Under the pieces are notes generated by a model, which searched no databases, was not told the origin of the DNA, and saw only the letters and a program-made list of their open reading frames with translations. Positions 12,163 to 24,593 of a stretch of DNA of 64,000 bases are shown in pieces (positions within the stretch are counted from its first letter, which is position 1; every line of letters starts with the position of its first letter). Made by a program: the position numbers and the translations under genes. This DNA comes from Balanoglossus misakiensis. Its lineage: Eukaryota; Animalia; Hemichordata. The DNA is taken from positions 6,812,699-6,876,698 of the forward strand of contig CM082581.2 of NCBI GenBank assembly GCA_040954595.2, in the 5' to 3' direction.

Positions 12163-15100
12163 ATTTAACTAACGACGAACTCGGATACCGGACTGACTAC
12201 AATTTTCACTTTGATACGCTGACCTAGAGTTGAAAATAATAATGGTATTAAAAAAGAGGGGAATAATGCGATTGACAACTATCCACCCAGAAAGAGAAAA
12301 TGGTCCGTATAAAGTGTGAATAGAAAGAACTTGTTTGTACATGCAAGGTGTAGAGAACAAGTGGCTTGGCACAGCTTGCTTTGTTAGGCATAAGACAATT
12401 TTATCCGCACCGTTGTAGTGAGAATAGCCCAGACACGGACAGATCAGATGCATATTCACTCACGGTGTTACATGAAAAAAAAAATGCACTAACACACACG
12501 TTGGGTATTCTAGAGAATAAACGAAATTCGTGGTTTAGTTTTATGCTTCGACAATGAGTTTGATACGTAGGCCTAGTAATTAAGAATTCATGAGTCTGTG
12601 TTGACTCGCGGGGTAGAGTATCAGCCAACGTCAATTTATGGCTTGAATGTTTGCATTTATAGTCAGAGTCCGATGTGCATATTGACCATCTTTGGTCTTA
12701 CCAAGTGTTAGATCATACCTTGACAACTGAACTCGATCAATAAACTATGTAGGAATTAAACAGAGACGGCCAAAATTACATCTCGGTCTACAACACCCGA
12801 CAAAACCTCGGCCAAAATCTATCCCTAAGGTCTACATCCAAAATCATATAACCCATGGTCCGCGCCCACTTTCAATTCACTTTTTTTATACCTACTCACC
12901 TGACTCGCTCGTCTCAAGTTTAGCTCGTGTGATATTAGACGTAATACGTGCAGCACCGCCGGCACAGTGTGAATAGGGTAAAAACGAATTACGAAAAGAC
13001 AAAAATAGAAATTAAAGTGTAAAATAAATGATGACAAATGCTAAAAGAACTTACAATAAAAGCAAACAACAAAGTGTATAGTAAAATGCATGATAGGTAT
13101 ACGTGGAATATCGTTCGCGCGACCATTAGAAGTCAAGGTCCACTATTGCTCCTGTTGCCTTGGTGACTCTTCGGCCATTGCTATTACTCATCTGCGCGAT
13201 CCAGTGACCTCGTATGAACTCGTTAGGAAAACGGCCAACATAGTGGTTTCCTGTTGCAAATGTGTTTTCATGAGTGGCAGTACAGTCAAGCGCGACTTCT
13301 CACCACAATATAAATGCTCGAAGCAAATGAATTGGGCATTTAACTGAAAGCGAAAGTACGTAGGCTTATGCAGGTAGGTTAACACAATGTAGTTTTAAGA
13401 ACCCCATTGACCAAAGTGCAAAGTGCGTTTTGGAACGCGGGAGTATATAAACCATGTAGGCCTACTGTAAGTTTCATGGTGAATGCATACCGCCGTGGAA
13501 ATGTGACCTCATTTATTATAATACGACCCCATAGTTCATTTCAGTTCAACTAAACTGCATTATAAAATGTTCATGAGGCCTACACAAGTCGATGTTTTAG
13601 TGACTATATACACGTTGACAAAATGAACACTTTTCTCGGAGAAACTACAGATTAGGCAAATGAGGCTATTTTACAATTCAGACGTGATGATAATATGAGT
13701 GCTATGACGATAAATTTTCCAACCTGCCATTTACCCCAAATGCATAACGGACTTAAACTTATTTAATTGTCCAAAAAGGGAACGGCAGAGTGTGTCGTCT
13801 TCCACACGAATTTCCCTCTGTGCTGACGAGATATCATTTTGAAAAGGTAACATTATTTATATTATTTAATGGTCCATCTGAAATCTTGGAGTTGTTTGCT
13901 TCATATTCTGAGCTCCACGAGACAAAACACCCGGCACTTCGCGAAAACCTAGAAATGGCCTCATCTCGACCACGACGATACACATCATGAGCATTTCAAG
14001 GATCTGAGGATGGATCCCCAAAAAACAATATTAATAATGAATAATATGCCTGATTTTACCAGTAGTCGTGTAAATAACTGTATTCTCTATAATTGCAATA
14101 AGCGACGAATTCAAGTTACATTGCCTCAATTGTATTTAGATACCGTCGATAAAATATACTGGTATGACAGGTAATCTGATAGGCGTGATGTGTTAAAATA
14201 AATAAAAAAAACATACTGCGCTGTGATTGCGCAATGCACTATGGGTTGTAATTGAACACGATGTCATGGCTTTTTTGATCAGGGAATTTTCTTTACCTTT
14301 CGAAGGTGGGCAATGTGAGTTTGGGGACTACTGGGGTTTTCTGCAAGGTAACTTGTTTATAGCGCATAATAACAATTACTGCGAACATCCTCCTTAAAAC
14401 AGTTAGCTTCAGAAATAAATAGGCACCAAGTGCGTGATTAATCTAACAACAGTAATCGTAAAACGAACTTATTTCAAAATGAGGTTTTGGTAACACGGTC
14501 ACCGAGGCTGATGGATGTAAATGGGCAAGGGGAATCACGTCACATCCGCACTGTGCATGTGTAACGCACGTGGGAGACTGTCCCCATAAAAAGCACGTGC
14601 TTTAGATATAAATCGTCGGTGACACAAAATAGTTGTTGGTCCGTCCACTCGACGGAAATGATGAAAGCTCCCTGTTAAACCACACGCCATCTGCCAGTGG
14701 CGAAGCTACCATCATCATAATACATGTTTAACCTCAGTGCGTGTGTATTCGGCTTATGGAAAACATACGCTTATCGTTTGTATTTAAAGGTAAGATCATG
14801 TGCTCCTTGAGATCTGCTTCAAGAATTATTGGATACGTCTCCGACACAACGCATACAATTATATCACTGCATTAAAAGCAGGCGACACGACCCGGCTCAC
14901 AGACTTTCACTTTTTGTGTGTATTGAATAGAGAACTACATGTAATGGTGACATGCTGACGGATGACCGAGATGTATGTACATGCACACTGTTGACGTGGC
15001 GATACTACAAAAATGAAAAAATACAGTATTTGTATAATTTGTTTGTAAGCCCCTTTCTTGCTAGTAGTGTGAAAGTTTGCTTCTTTAATAACCATCCGTT

Positions 15101-15221
15101 ATTAAAATATTCGTTTTAAGAGCAGATTCACTTACGTCGGCAGAAATCCCAATGCAGCTGTTTCAGACTATTTTGTTGAATGCATTTTTTGTAAGGGTGT
15201 GGTCTAATGTATTCCTATGAT

Positions 15222-15486
15222 GGGACTTTCGACTGGGGCAGTTTCCCTTTTCACAATCCTTTTTTTATATTCTCGCTTCCTTACAGCAACCGGATGAGTA
15301 ACTGTGTACCACGTGACCAAACCGTGGCTTAAAAAATCGCTTTTGCCTCTTCCATTCGGTGCAAGACGATGAGTCATAGTACATGTATTTCAATCAACAA
15401 CGCAGATGTCTGTGCATGGTGCTCGTGAGTCATTGATTTGAAACTGTCGGCGCTCATCGTATATCTGGCGTTGAGTTCTCTCTCGT
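15222..15486 (+). promoter_or_regulatory. Putative promoter and non-coding first exon of the Roco gene, with kappaB-like and AP-1 sites
   Basis: GGGACTTTCG 15222-15231; GGGGCAGTTTCCC 15235-15247; TGAGTAA 15295; CACGTG 15310; TGAGTCA at 15370 and 15426; donor GTAAGT at 15487. A matching acceptor (ttaatccacag) ends at 16111, ahead of the ATG at 16190. Confidence 0.5.
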
Positions 15487-16189
15487 GTAAGTGTGGGTTT
15501 TTTTGCTTGATCAAAAAGTAATTAGGCTATAGACACATTTCTAAAATTTAGCCACGAAAGGGGTCGTGATTTAGTCAATGAATACCAGACAGCGTATCGT
15601 ATTTGTATTTAAAACAACGTGCGAGTCGTATCTACATATGAACTGTATTGTAACACCACTGTAATGTTCAACATTCCATGGTAACCGTGGCTTAATTTGC
15701 GTGGGTGACATTTATACCTTTAAATTTAGTTTTATTTTCAGTATCTATTGGCAATGTTTATGAGTGGCACATTTGCCCAGGACGTTGACTTAGAAGTTCA
15801 ATTCAGTTCATGCAGTTCTGCGGGTATCTATTACAATTTATCGGAAACCATATTCTGCATGCGTAGACCACGTGTCAAAATAGGAATGTTATAATACATT
15901 AACACTGTTCATTTTATCATTGCTATCGACGATTCAACCTTCCCGAAGATTCTAAATTGCAATATATTTCAGACAATTCAAATTTTGAATTTGGTACAAT
16001 TTATTTCTCAATGAATGAACATAGTGAGTTTTCAATTAATGTGCCGCAAATAGCGTTTGTCTTAAAGTTTCGTTTCATAGTTTTGTTTCATATTGGTTAT
16101 TTAATCCACAGAGGGGACTGTGTTTCGTCCGGCATACTGGGCCACGCATGCGTTGCAACACTCCAGTGTCATCGTCCTGTTGGTGAACT

Positions 16190-19100
16190 ATGGCTTCGAC
16201 AGAAGTGTATACAATGCCGCGAGTTGGGAAGGACTTACTGACGCTCGGATTCTCCTTTCGGGGACTTAAGCAGATACCCGAAGAAGTTTTCCAGCAACGC
16301 GGTGTGCAGGCGCTTTGGCTGGGTGGGAACAATCTCCAAGATTTGCCAAAAGAACTGTCAACGTTAGACCAATTGATGTACTTGGATCTCGCCTCGAACG
16401 ATTTTTCTGAATGTCCGGGTGCTGTTTATGAACTGCGCGAACTGGTCGGTTTGTACTTGACTGGCAACCAGCTCAGATCCCTGTCTCCAAAAGTCAAAAA
16501 TCTGAACAAGATTCAATCTCTGTGGCTTGACAATAACAACTTTGCACAATTTCCTAGCGAGATGTGTTACGGAAACTTCAGTGATCTTGAGCATGTGAGA
16601 TTGAACAGGAACAGGATAACGCATATTCCACCGACTATATCCGAACTTTCTTGTCTCAAAATCCTCGAGCTGAGCAACAACAACCTCCAAGAAGTACCAG
16701 CTTCCATTTGCGAGCTCAGTAACTTGCAGGTCTTGCGTTTGAACTTTAATGTCATAGAACACTTGCCGAGGGATCTGGGTTGCATGAGAGCACTCAGAAG
16801 TCTCGAAGTTTCCAACAACAAGCTAGACGATTTACCGTCGTCTGTCCGCGACTTAAATCAGCTCCGGGTGCTTATTCTGTCAGATAACAACATATCCGTT
16901 CTCCCTCCGCAATTGACGACACAGCTGGAAAACCTGGAGACCATCGACGTCGAAAATAACCCCACGATCGAACCACCTTACGGGATTTGCCTGCAGGGGG
17001 TCGCTGCCATGCGGAGTTACGAAGCAGAGTGCAAAAGTGGCGAAAACGTCCTTGAACCTCACCAGAAAACCGTTGTCCTGGGCAACACAGGTGCAGGCAA
17101 GACGAGTCTGGTGAAGACACTGGTGCACGACAGGTCGTTTCTCACCGACGCGGTCGAAGGGCGGACTCACTGCATCGAGGTCGAGGAGTGGTCGCCGGGC
17201 AAAGGCATCGCCTTTGAATTGTACGACTTCGGGGGTCACGGCGTGTACGACATCACCAGCAGTTTCTTCCTCACCCCACATTCTCTCAATCTGATTGTGG
17301 TGAACGTGAAAACGTACGAGCCCGACGGGTTTGATGAATCGGTCGGCAAGTGGCTGCGGACTCTCCAGTCGAGAGTACCCGGGGCTGTGGTGTGCGTCGT
17401 CGGCACCCACACCGACCTGTGCGATCCCGAAGAAATCAAAAGCAAGGTAGACGATATCCGATCCAGGATATCCCACGAAAGTGAAGTCAACTCGGAGATC
17501 ATCAGCTCACAGATCGAAGCGTTGCAGCGTGCGATCCACGACTACGGCAAGTTGCCGATCTCCCACCGCCTGCACGGGGTCAGCCTACAGTCTCTGCAAA
17601 ACAGACAAGACCAGTTGGAAAGTCTCAGAAACAAGCAACTGAGGGTCGATTCGGAAGTGAAGCTCGTCAGTTCTGCAGAAAGCTTGTCTGGCATGTCGGA
17701 GTTCAGGGAGCACCTGATTCAGCTCGTCAAGAACAAGAAGATGTTTCCTGGCTTACAACGTCGTCTCCCGCCCTCGTGGTCCAAGATGGAGGAACTGGTT
17801 CTGCAGGAAAGAAAGCCTTTCAACTACATGATCACGTTCGACAAAGCCTTGGAACTCGGAAGATCGTGCAATGTGAAACCTGAAGACGTGCCTCTGGTGA
17901 TTTCTTACCTGCACCAACAGGGCACGGTCCTCTACTTCCCCGACAACCCACAGCTTCGCTCCTACGTATTTCCCGACCCGGCCCTTGTCATTGACATCTT
18001 CAAAGACATCTTCCACCACGACCCAGAGAAACTGCTCAGTCACGCGATTCCCGCCATGAAGGCCAACTTCACCAAAGTGCGCTTCCAGAAGATGCAGAAG
18101 AACTTCGTGAACGAGGGCTTGATACCGCGCGAGCTCATGGAAGTTTTGATGAGAAATCACTTCAAGAACGCGGAAGAGATGGAGGTCATCATCGCGCTGA
18201 TGCAGAAACTCGGACTGCACTACGAAGTTCAGAAGGAAACGAACGGGCCGATCAGAGAGAAATCCGTGTACAGACTTCCCTGGTATCTGAAGGCTGAGCG
18301 TCCCGACATTTCCCAGACGTGGCCCGAGTGCGTGCAGACAGACTGCGAGCAACTCACCGTGGGCCTTGAGATGCACAAGTTTTGCCCCGCGGGGATTTTC
18401 GAGAGACTATGCGCCAAGACCCAACCTCTTCTCAGCAGGACCTACCGACGGGACTGGAGGGATGGAGTGTGCACTTTCACAAGGGATGGTGACTCGCCCC
18501 TCCTCATAACGAGACAATCGCAAGGAGGCTATGTTAATATCACAGCTGCAGGGCGAGCAGAATTTTCGAAAATAATGTCAGTCTGGAATGGGATAACGTC
18601 TGTCCTGAACGAGTTGAAGATGATCCTGAAGGAATGGCCAGGTGGGCACAACGTCATTGTCTATCTACCATTGTTATTGACACATGTCGCCCGACACCGT
18701 TTATAGGATCAACAAGTTCTTTTATATTTCAAAGCGAAGCAGCGTAACTGCAGTAATATGAAAGTTTGCAGTGACAGAATTTGATAACAACTATGTTATT
18801 CCATGCTAATAAGTTGTTTCACGACTGTCAAGATTAGATCAGTATTCTCTATGATCCCTTGAAAAGTTATATTCTTCTACAGAAAAATTGGAGGAAACGT
18901 ATAGGCCTTTACCACGCATATTTGTCAGCCCAGGCTATATAAGTTATATTGTTCTCATATCCAGGCGTGGTTTATGACGAATACATCGTGTGTGCCCACT
19001 GTGTGAAGCTGAATGAGGATCCTCCTGAGCTGTTCCCCGGTGACTATCTGTACCAACCCCGTCCCGAAGATCTGAAATCAGTCAGGTGTCCCTCTGGGCT

Positions 19101-19650
19101 CGGCTCTCTCGATCCCGATCTCGTATATCCACCAACAAATCTAGGTAAATTTATTTTTTTATATGTGCTGCATTCCTTTGAAATGATGCTGTATGCACTT
19201 GATACGATGGCTTAGTTGTACATTAAATATTTATCTTATGTCTATTCATTGTTCGTCTTCATACGGGCTTCTATGAACATTCTGATTCATTTTATTTTCA
19301 TGGTATTCAAGAAAGAAATGATTGAGTTTCATCCTCGTTTTTTGGGGTCATTGCATTGCACTGCTCAAACTATTCTATCTTCTGGTGGTATTTCATGACG
19401 GCGCGCCAGTTTCTTTAGTGATCACGCATTCTGAATCTTGTAAAGAGTTACTACATTCGTTTGACCATTAACAATAATTTTTGCAGATACCGAGTCTGCT
19501 TCGTCACCCGACCAGGAACAGATCCCTAGCAGCGGTCACGATGTGAAGCTTACAGGTGCCACTGGTAATCTTGTTCTCGTAGCTGGTGACCATGCGGAGA
19601 TCAAGCTAAGTGGTTTGCAGTTGGCGCCACCACCAGTCTCGAACAAGTAG
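16190..19650 (+). CDS. MFHAS1: MFHAS1/MASL1-like Roco protein (LRR-Roc-COR), 931 aa, with an extra C-terminal tail
   Basis: Exons 16190-18641, 18965-19144, 19487-19650 (phase 1/1, TAG). About 10 LRRs (LxxLxLxxNxL). Roc motifs GNTGAGKT, DFGG, VGTHTD, with a helical insert as in MFHAS1. COR motifs LPPSW and YLHQQGTVLYF. The segment EWPG..CAHC..FPGD...QPRPE...CP...LVYPP matches the MFHAS1 C-terminus as I recall it. Confidence 0.9.
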
Positions 19651-20340
19651 AAATTGCTCCTGTGTGGATTGCCAAGATTTCACAACCAGGGGACTTTAAT
19701 AAGAGCATATAATGCATTTTATGTCCCAGAATTGGTTAAACTGTTAGAATACCCGTTTGCCACGTGTAAAAATCTAACTGTACACGGAACAGACTACAGG
19801 AAGAGATGAGAACAGCAGCAAACTATAACCTTGTAGTTATTTAAAATCTCACTTAAAGATAAATGTTGTCATCAAATTGCTAAGTGGTGCCATCAGTTTG
19901 ACAGGTTCTCATTCTAACAAACTACTTTTATGCAGCGATTGCGGGCTCGATAAAGAGAATCTGTGAAAATGGACATAGATGGCGCTAGTGTAGATTTGCC
20001 GGCCTGGTTCCCATCATGCATCGCGCACAATGCATGCCTTTTCACAAGTCCTCAAAGCAAGTCCAGTGGGGGAAGGAAGGGGAAAATTACAAGACAAACC
20101 TCAACATTTCTTACATTGGCACATGTCAAGGGTTTATTTTACTCATTAAAATTCACATGTCATGGACGCTTAAAGGAAAGACTTCATTTAAAGATAGAAT
20201 ACTCACGCAAATAATTAAGTAAAGATCATTGCAATAAAAGATTTAATTTTTTTTAAGTATAGATTACATCATATATTATGTATGATTAAAAACAAAGATA
20301 TCTCTGTAATTGCAGCCTTTTATGAAGTTTACATGTATTC

Positions 20341-22650
20341 CTACGCTTTGGCAGAAGTGATACTCTCAATTTTCTCTCTGAGGATCTTCTCCCAGTCATC
20401 ACCATCCCTCAGCGTGGTGTACTTAGTTGGCATGGTTTCCAGTGCCTGTACTTCTGGTGTCTGTTGGGGAGTGAGTCCAGCTTCAAGAACAGCCTCTGGG
20501 AATTTGACAGGCGATGCCGTTGCTATGCACACACTCCGCACTGATTTCCCATCAGAGCTCCTAAGAGAAAAAAAATATGTAGTGTAATATTATGACACAA
20601 GTGAAATTTATAAAGAACAGATGTCTATTTGTACATGAACTTTCCAACAAAAATGTTATTTTCTGTTTCGATAAGTAAGATTCCAACAATATCAAATATA
20701 AAAGAATCTATTGTCTACTGTAAATCAATGAGAAAAAAAACATACCTCATCTTGTCATAATAGTAACCGACACCAACAGCCGTATGCGGACATAGCAGAT
20801 ACTGGTTGTCATGCCAACACTGCTGCATTATTTTCAGGATTCCCTTATTATCCAGAGAGTAAGAACTTAGGACTGACTGAAGCTGAGAAGTAAGTAAGAA
20901 AATACACATTTTGTGAAATCCAATCTTTTGTACTCCAATGAAGTTCTGACTCCAGAACAAGTTTCTGACAGAATACAATCATCAATGTTTCAGTCAAGAC
21001 AGTATCGCAGCATATATATTAAAAGTACCTTTGTATGTAGTTTCTCTGGCAGTGTAAACTTCTTGTTCTTGTTAAACTCTTTCATCAATTTCAAAATCAA
21101 TTCTCCGTCATTCCCGGAAAACAACCAAAGAATCCGTTGAAAGTTGTATGGTGACTGAAAGAAAGGAAGCGTATATAACGTAGTGAGAAGAGGTGAGTGG
21201 ATTGGAAAATGGACTTTTTAACTCTAGGACATTAAGAAAATAAGTTGAATGAGCAAGCCCTGCTTTCAGCTTGGTAAGAATTCTGTACAGCCTCAACTTG
21301 TATTTTCCTAGTATGAGTTTTGATGCTCAGGCAGTTTTGTTGAAAATCATATTTTTTGTAATTTCTCAATTTACACCCATTTCATTGTGGCATGTTTACC
21401 GATATATTGTGTCTAGTATACATCATTTACATTCTGTGCTTCAAGTCAGGTTTCTACAGACCTGAATGTCCATTGCAGATGCCCAGGTTTCCACAACCTC
21501 ATCAGCCAATGAGTAGTCTCCTCTCTGAATCGTTCGGAGTAAGATGTCATTGACGTTGACAGCAGCGGTAATTTTGATCGGAAGGCCCATGAACTTTGCA
21601 ACAGAACCAGCTGTAATACAGTATGGTAAAAAACTGATAAATTAGAGTTGATAAATAAAGACCCTTAGCTGTGTAACTTTTTAGCTGTTTTTTCAATATT
21701 TTTGTTCTACAGATCCTTGTTCTACTTCATACAGCATGCTAAATTTCCCAACAAAGTAATAAAAAAGCAAAAAACAATGTTATAATTTACAAATTCCCCA
21801 TGCAACCATTGCTCTGGACAAGCAATCTCTCAGAACTCCAGCAAACTTTCTCTTTCTAAACATTTCCCTTTATGGTTCATAAATGACATCATGTAACAAA
21901 ACTACAGATCTCATCATACTGAATGTTTACCTGTAATATTTCCTGCAGCACCCGTGGGAACTATGATCTCCACAGTTTCATCGCAAGACTCACAAACTTG
22001 AAAGTACGAGTAGAAGAAATGTACAATTTGGACCATGATACGAGCCCAGTTGATGGAGCTTATTGTTATGAGATTGTTTCTTTCTCTGAAGTCTTGGTCC
22101 ATGTAGATTTTTTCGGTTACTTCGTCAATGCCATCGGAGGTCGTGTTTTCTCCTGGAAAGTTCAAAGGTCAAACATCAAAGGTTAGATATATGTCATGTG
22201 ACCTGTTCTAATTCTAAAGCCTTCATTTAGAATTGATTATTTTCCAGCTCTTGAAATAGATTTTTCTATTAGTTGGGAGATAAACCCCATTAAGATAGTT
22301 GCCTTAATACCGGCCTTTTATAGAGCTATTTTCGTGAAAAGCACAATTGGTTTACGACAATGGGTTAAGGCAGTTAAATAACAATTAAAACATCGCTGTC
22401 GTGCCACATCATACAGAACATCAGAAGAGTTTCTAAAATGAAAGCTGCAAACCTGCCATGACATGAACGTTGTCATCTAAGACCGTGGTCATCATAAGCT
22501 CTTGTCTTTTGGTGATTTTCCCCTGTGGAAATATGACTATTATATCCACCAATGAAAGACCACGAACACCTTCAATAGCTGCACTACCTGTATCCCCTGA
22601 TGTTGCTGGAGAATAAAATGAAGGCCTTTATTGGTAATAATAATATAAGA

Positions 22651-22715
<65 letters not shown>

Positions 22716-23519
22716 ATTAATGATGATAACAACAGCCATCATCATCATCATTATTATTATCACAAGAGAAGACAGTTTAATTACAATGAACATGTCTAAA
22801 CTCACCTACAACAATGGTGACGTGCGTCTTTCTTTTATTCAAGAAAAATTCCAGAAACTGTCCCACACAAGAGAGTGCCAGATCTTTGAATGCCAGCGTT
22901 TTCCCATGCCACAGTTCTGCCACATGGAGGCCATCCTTCAGTTTAGCAACTTTCACAACTTCCTTCAGTGAGAACTTTGAAAAAGCTTTGTCAAGCAACT
23001 CTGTAAGATTATATAATTGAAGAGTTGTTATGAAATCTGTAAATATTTATAGTCTCTCAATATTTAAGTTTTCTTATTTATAGCAGTTCCTTTGGTGGAT
23101 TTATTTTAAGAGAATTTTACAAATCATACCACAGAAAAACTCAAAAGACAACAAATTATCTTGCTGACTATCTTGCTGACTATTAATGGATAATTTTCTG
23201 GTCATTTCGATGGATGAAAGCATAAATACCCCTGTTGTACCACTTCAAAACGCTGATAATAAGACAAGCCGGTATTAACGCTGATTCCCAAACCTTCCAA
23301 ATCTTTTCTTGGAATCTCCTCTTCACTGACAAACAATGGGATGATCTCTTTGCATAACTCGGGATAAGACAGCTCCTTCCATTGCCGCAAAGTCTCCTGG
23401 GATATGACGGGAATGGACTCTGGCATCAGGAGACCCCCGTCTTTCATGTACCCGGTCGAAAATAATGCGTCTTCAAAACTCCAGCCCGACACTTGCCCAC
23501 ACGTACTTGTGTATTTCAT
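20341..23519 (-). CDS. THNSL2: Threonine synthase-like 2, copy B, 475 aa
   Basis: Exons (minus strand) 23519-23294, 23000-22806, 22605-22453, 22152-21931, 21610-21462, 21154-21029, 20882-20746, 20560-20341 total 1428 nt. Intron positions and phases are identical to copy A. Motifs: [38 protein letters not shown]. Confidence 0.93.
22651..22715. repeat. (ATG)n trinucleotide microsatellite, about 21 units, in intron 2 of THNSL2 copy B
   Basis: Directly visible atgatgatg run, followed by a short complementary (CAT)n/(TAT)n run at ~22737-22761. Confidence 0.95.
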
Positions 23520-24479
23520 GATGGCAATCTTTGACCAGCTGTCAAGCTAAATAAAAAAATTATCGTCGTAAACCACGACATCTTTTACGGCATCAGTTTG
23601 TGCATTGCCACTTATCATTTTACAGGTGTGCGGTATATGCACTGTGGGTATATGTGGCTTCCGGGTTGCGAAAATGCCACAGCTGGAAAACGAACTGTTT
23701 TGGGGTGAAATGCGATATGCGGCTATCGGATTTGTGCTACAATAAGAAAAGTTGGGCCTCCCTTTTCATCGGGTTCCCAGGCACTTCTCAGGAGGAGGTG
23801 CCACTGTTTTACAGAGAAAGAGAGCTAACTTACCACTGAGTCGATCCGTGTGCTCGGTGACTCTACCTTTGACCCTAAACGTCAGTTTATGATACCGTCA
23901 TTATTTACAATTCGAGGGTATGATATTTATACTATTCTCTCGGCCTATTCACTTCTATACCATGGAAAGCCGTTTGGGAACCCAGGCTACCCCCGGTACC
24001 AACCGTAGCCAATTTCCCCCAATATACCCATGCGTGTGATCAGATTTCTTTGAAAGAAATGTGTTACAAGGCCCTTTCCCTGTTAAACACTGAGCATCAT
24101 TTTACGCGTCTTTTTATTTTGCGGTTTTCTTTTCTCTCGCTAAGCTCGCGAAAAAAAATGTTGGCGAAATTTCCCGTTTTTATTGCATCAGTCAAGTGTT
24201 GCACGTCATTGCACGTGCACTTTATGAAGGGAGACCTCAGGAGTTGTAACGTTTCACAGTTGCGTTTGCGTGGTGACCGCCTTTTTTTACCTAACGGATC
24301 TATTTCATAGTCCTCCACGCGCATACAATAACATTTCAAATCAAATATAACGCCTTTCCCCCTCTTATCAACATATTCCTTTTTAAAGCATTTTCTACAA
24401 TTGATCATTCCTTAGAATGAATTTTACACGCGTAAATTTGTTTTCTGCGAATAGTAAGTTAACATAGAGGCGGACTTAT

Positions 24480-24593
24480 ATACCAGTAAACAGGCTCACT
24501 GGGGTCAAAGGGCAACGACGCAAAGAATTTGTCGTCATCTCCAGGTGAAGTAACAAATACAAATATATGCCGATTTCAGACAACTTTCCCAAG
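24480..24593 (+). other. Putative 5' non-coding first exon of the KIAA0232-like gene
   Basis: CpG-richer region divergent from THNSL2 copy B, with donor AAG|GTATGT at 24593/24594 (alternative donor GG|GTAAGT near 24649). The next exon has a strong acceptor ending at 29303. The start coordinate is approximate. Confidence 0.4.

Noticed and set aside
18642-18706. C-terminus GHNVIVYLPLLLTHVARHRL of the 838-aa ORF
   Set aside because: Read-through into an intron; MFHAS1 homology resumes in frame at 18965.
22600-22971. Poly-Met ORF (+) and poly-Ile ORF (-) in the ORF track
   Set aside because: Both are translations of the intronic (ATG)n microsatellite.
9065-23519. Horizontal transfer of threonine synthase, or a pseudogene copy
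   Set aside because: Both copies have spliceosomal introns, animal THNSL2-type motifs (ELWHG) and uninterrupted frames.
23970-24450. Repeat-like fragments (gggaacccaggcta; ttttacgcg/cgcgaaaa motifs)
   Set aside because: No paired TIRs or target-site duplication could be defined by eye.
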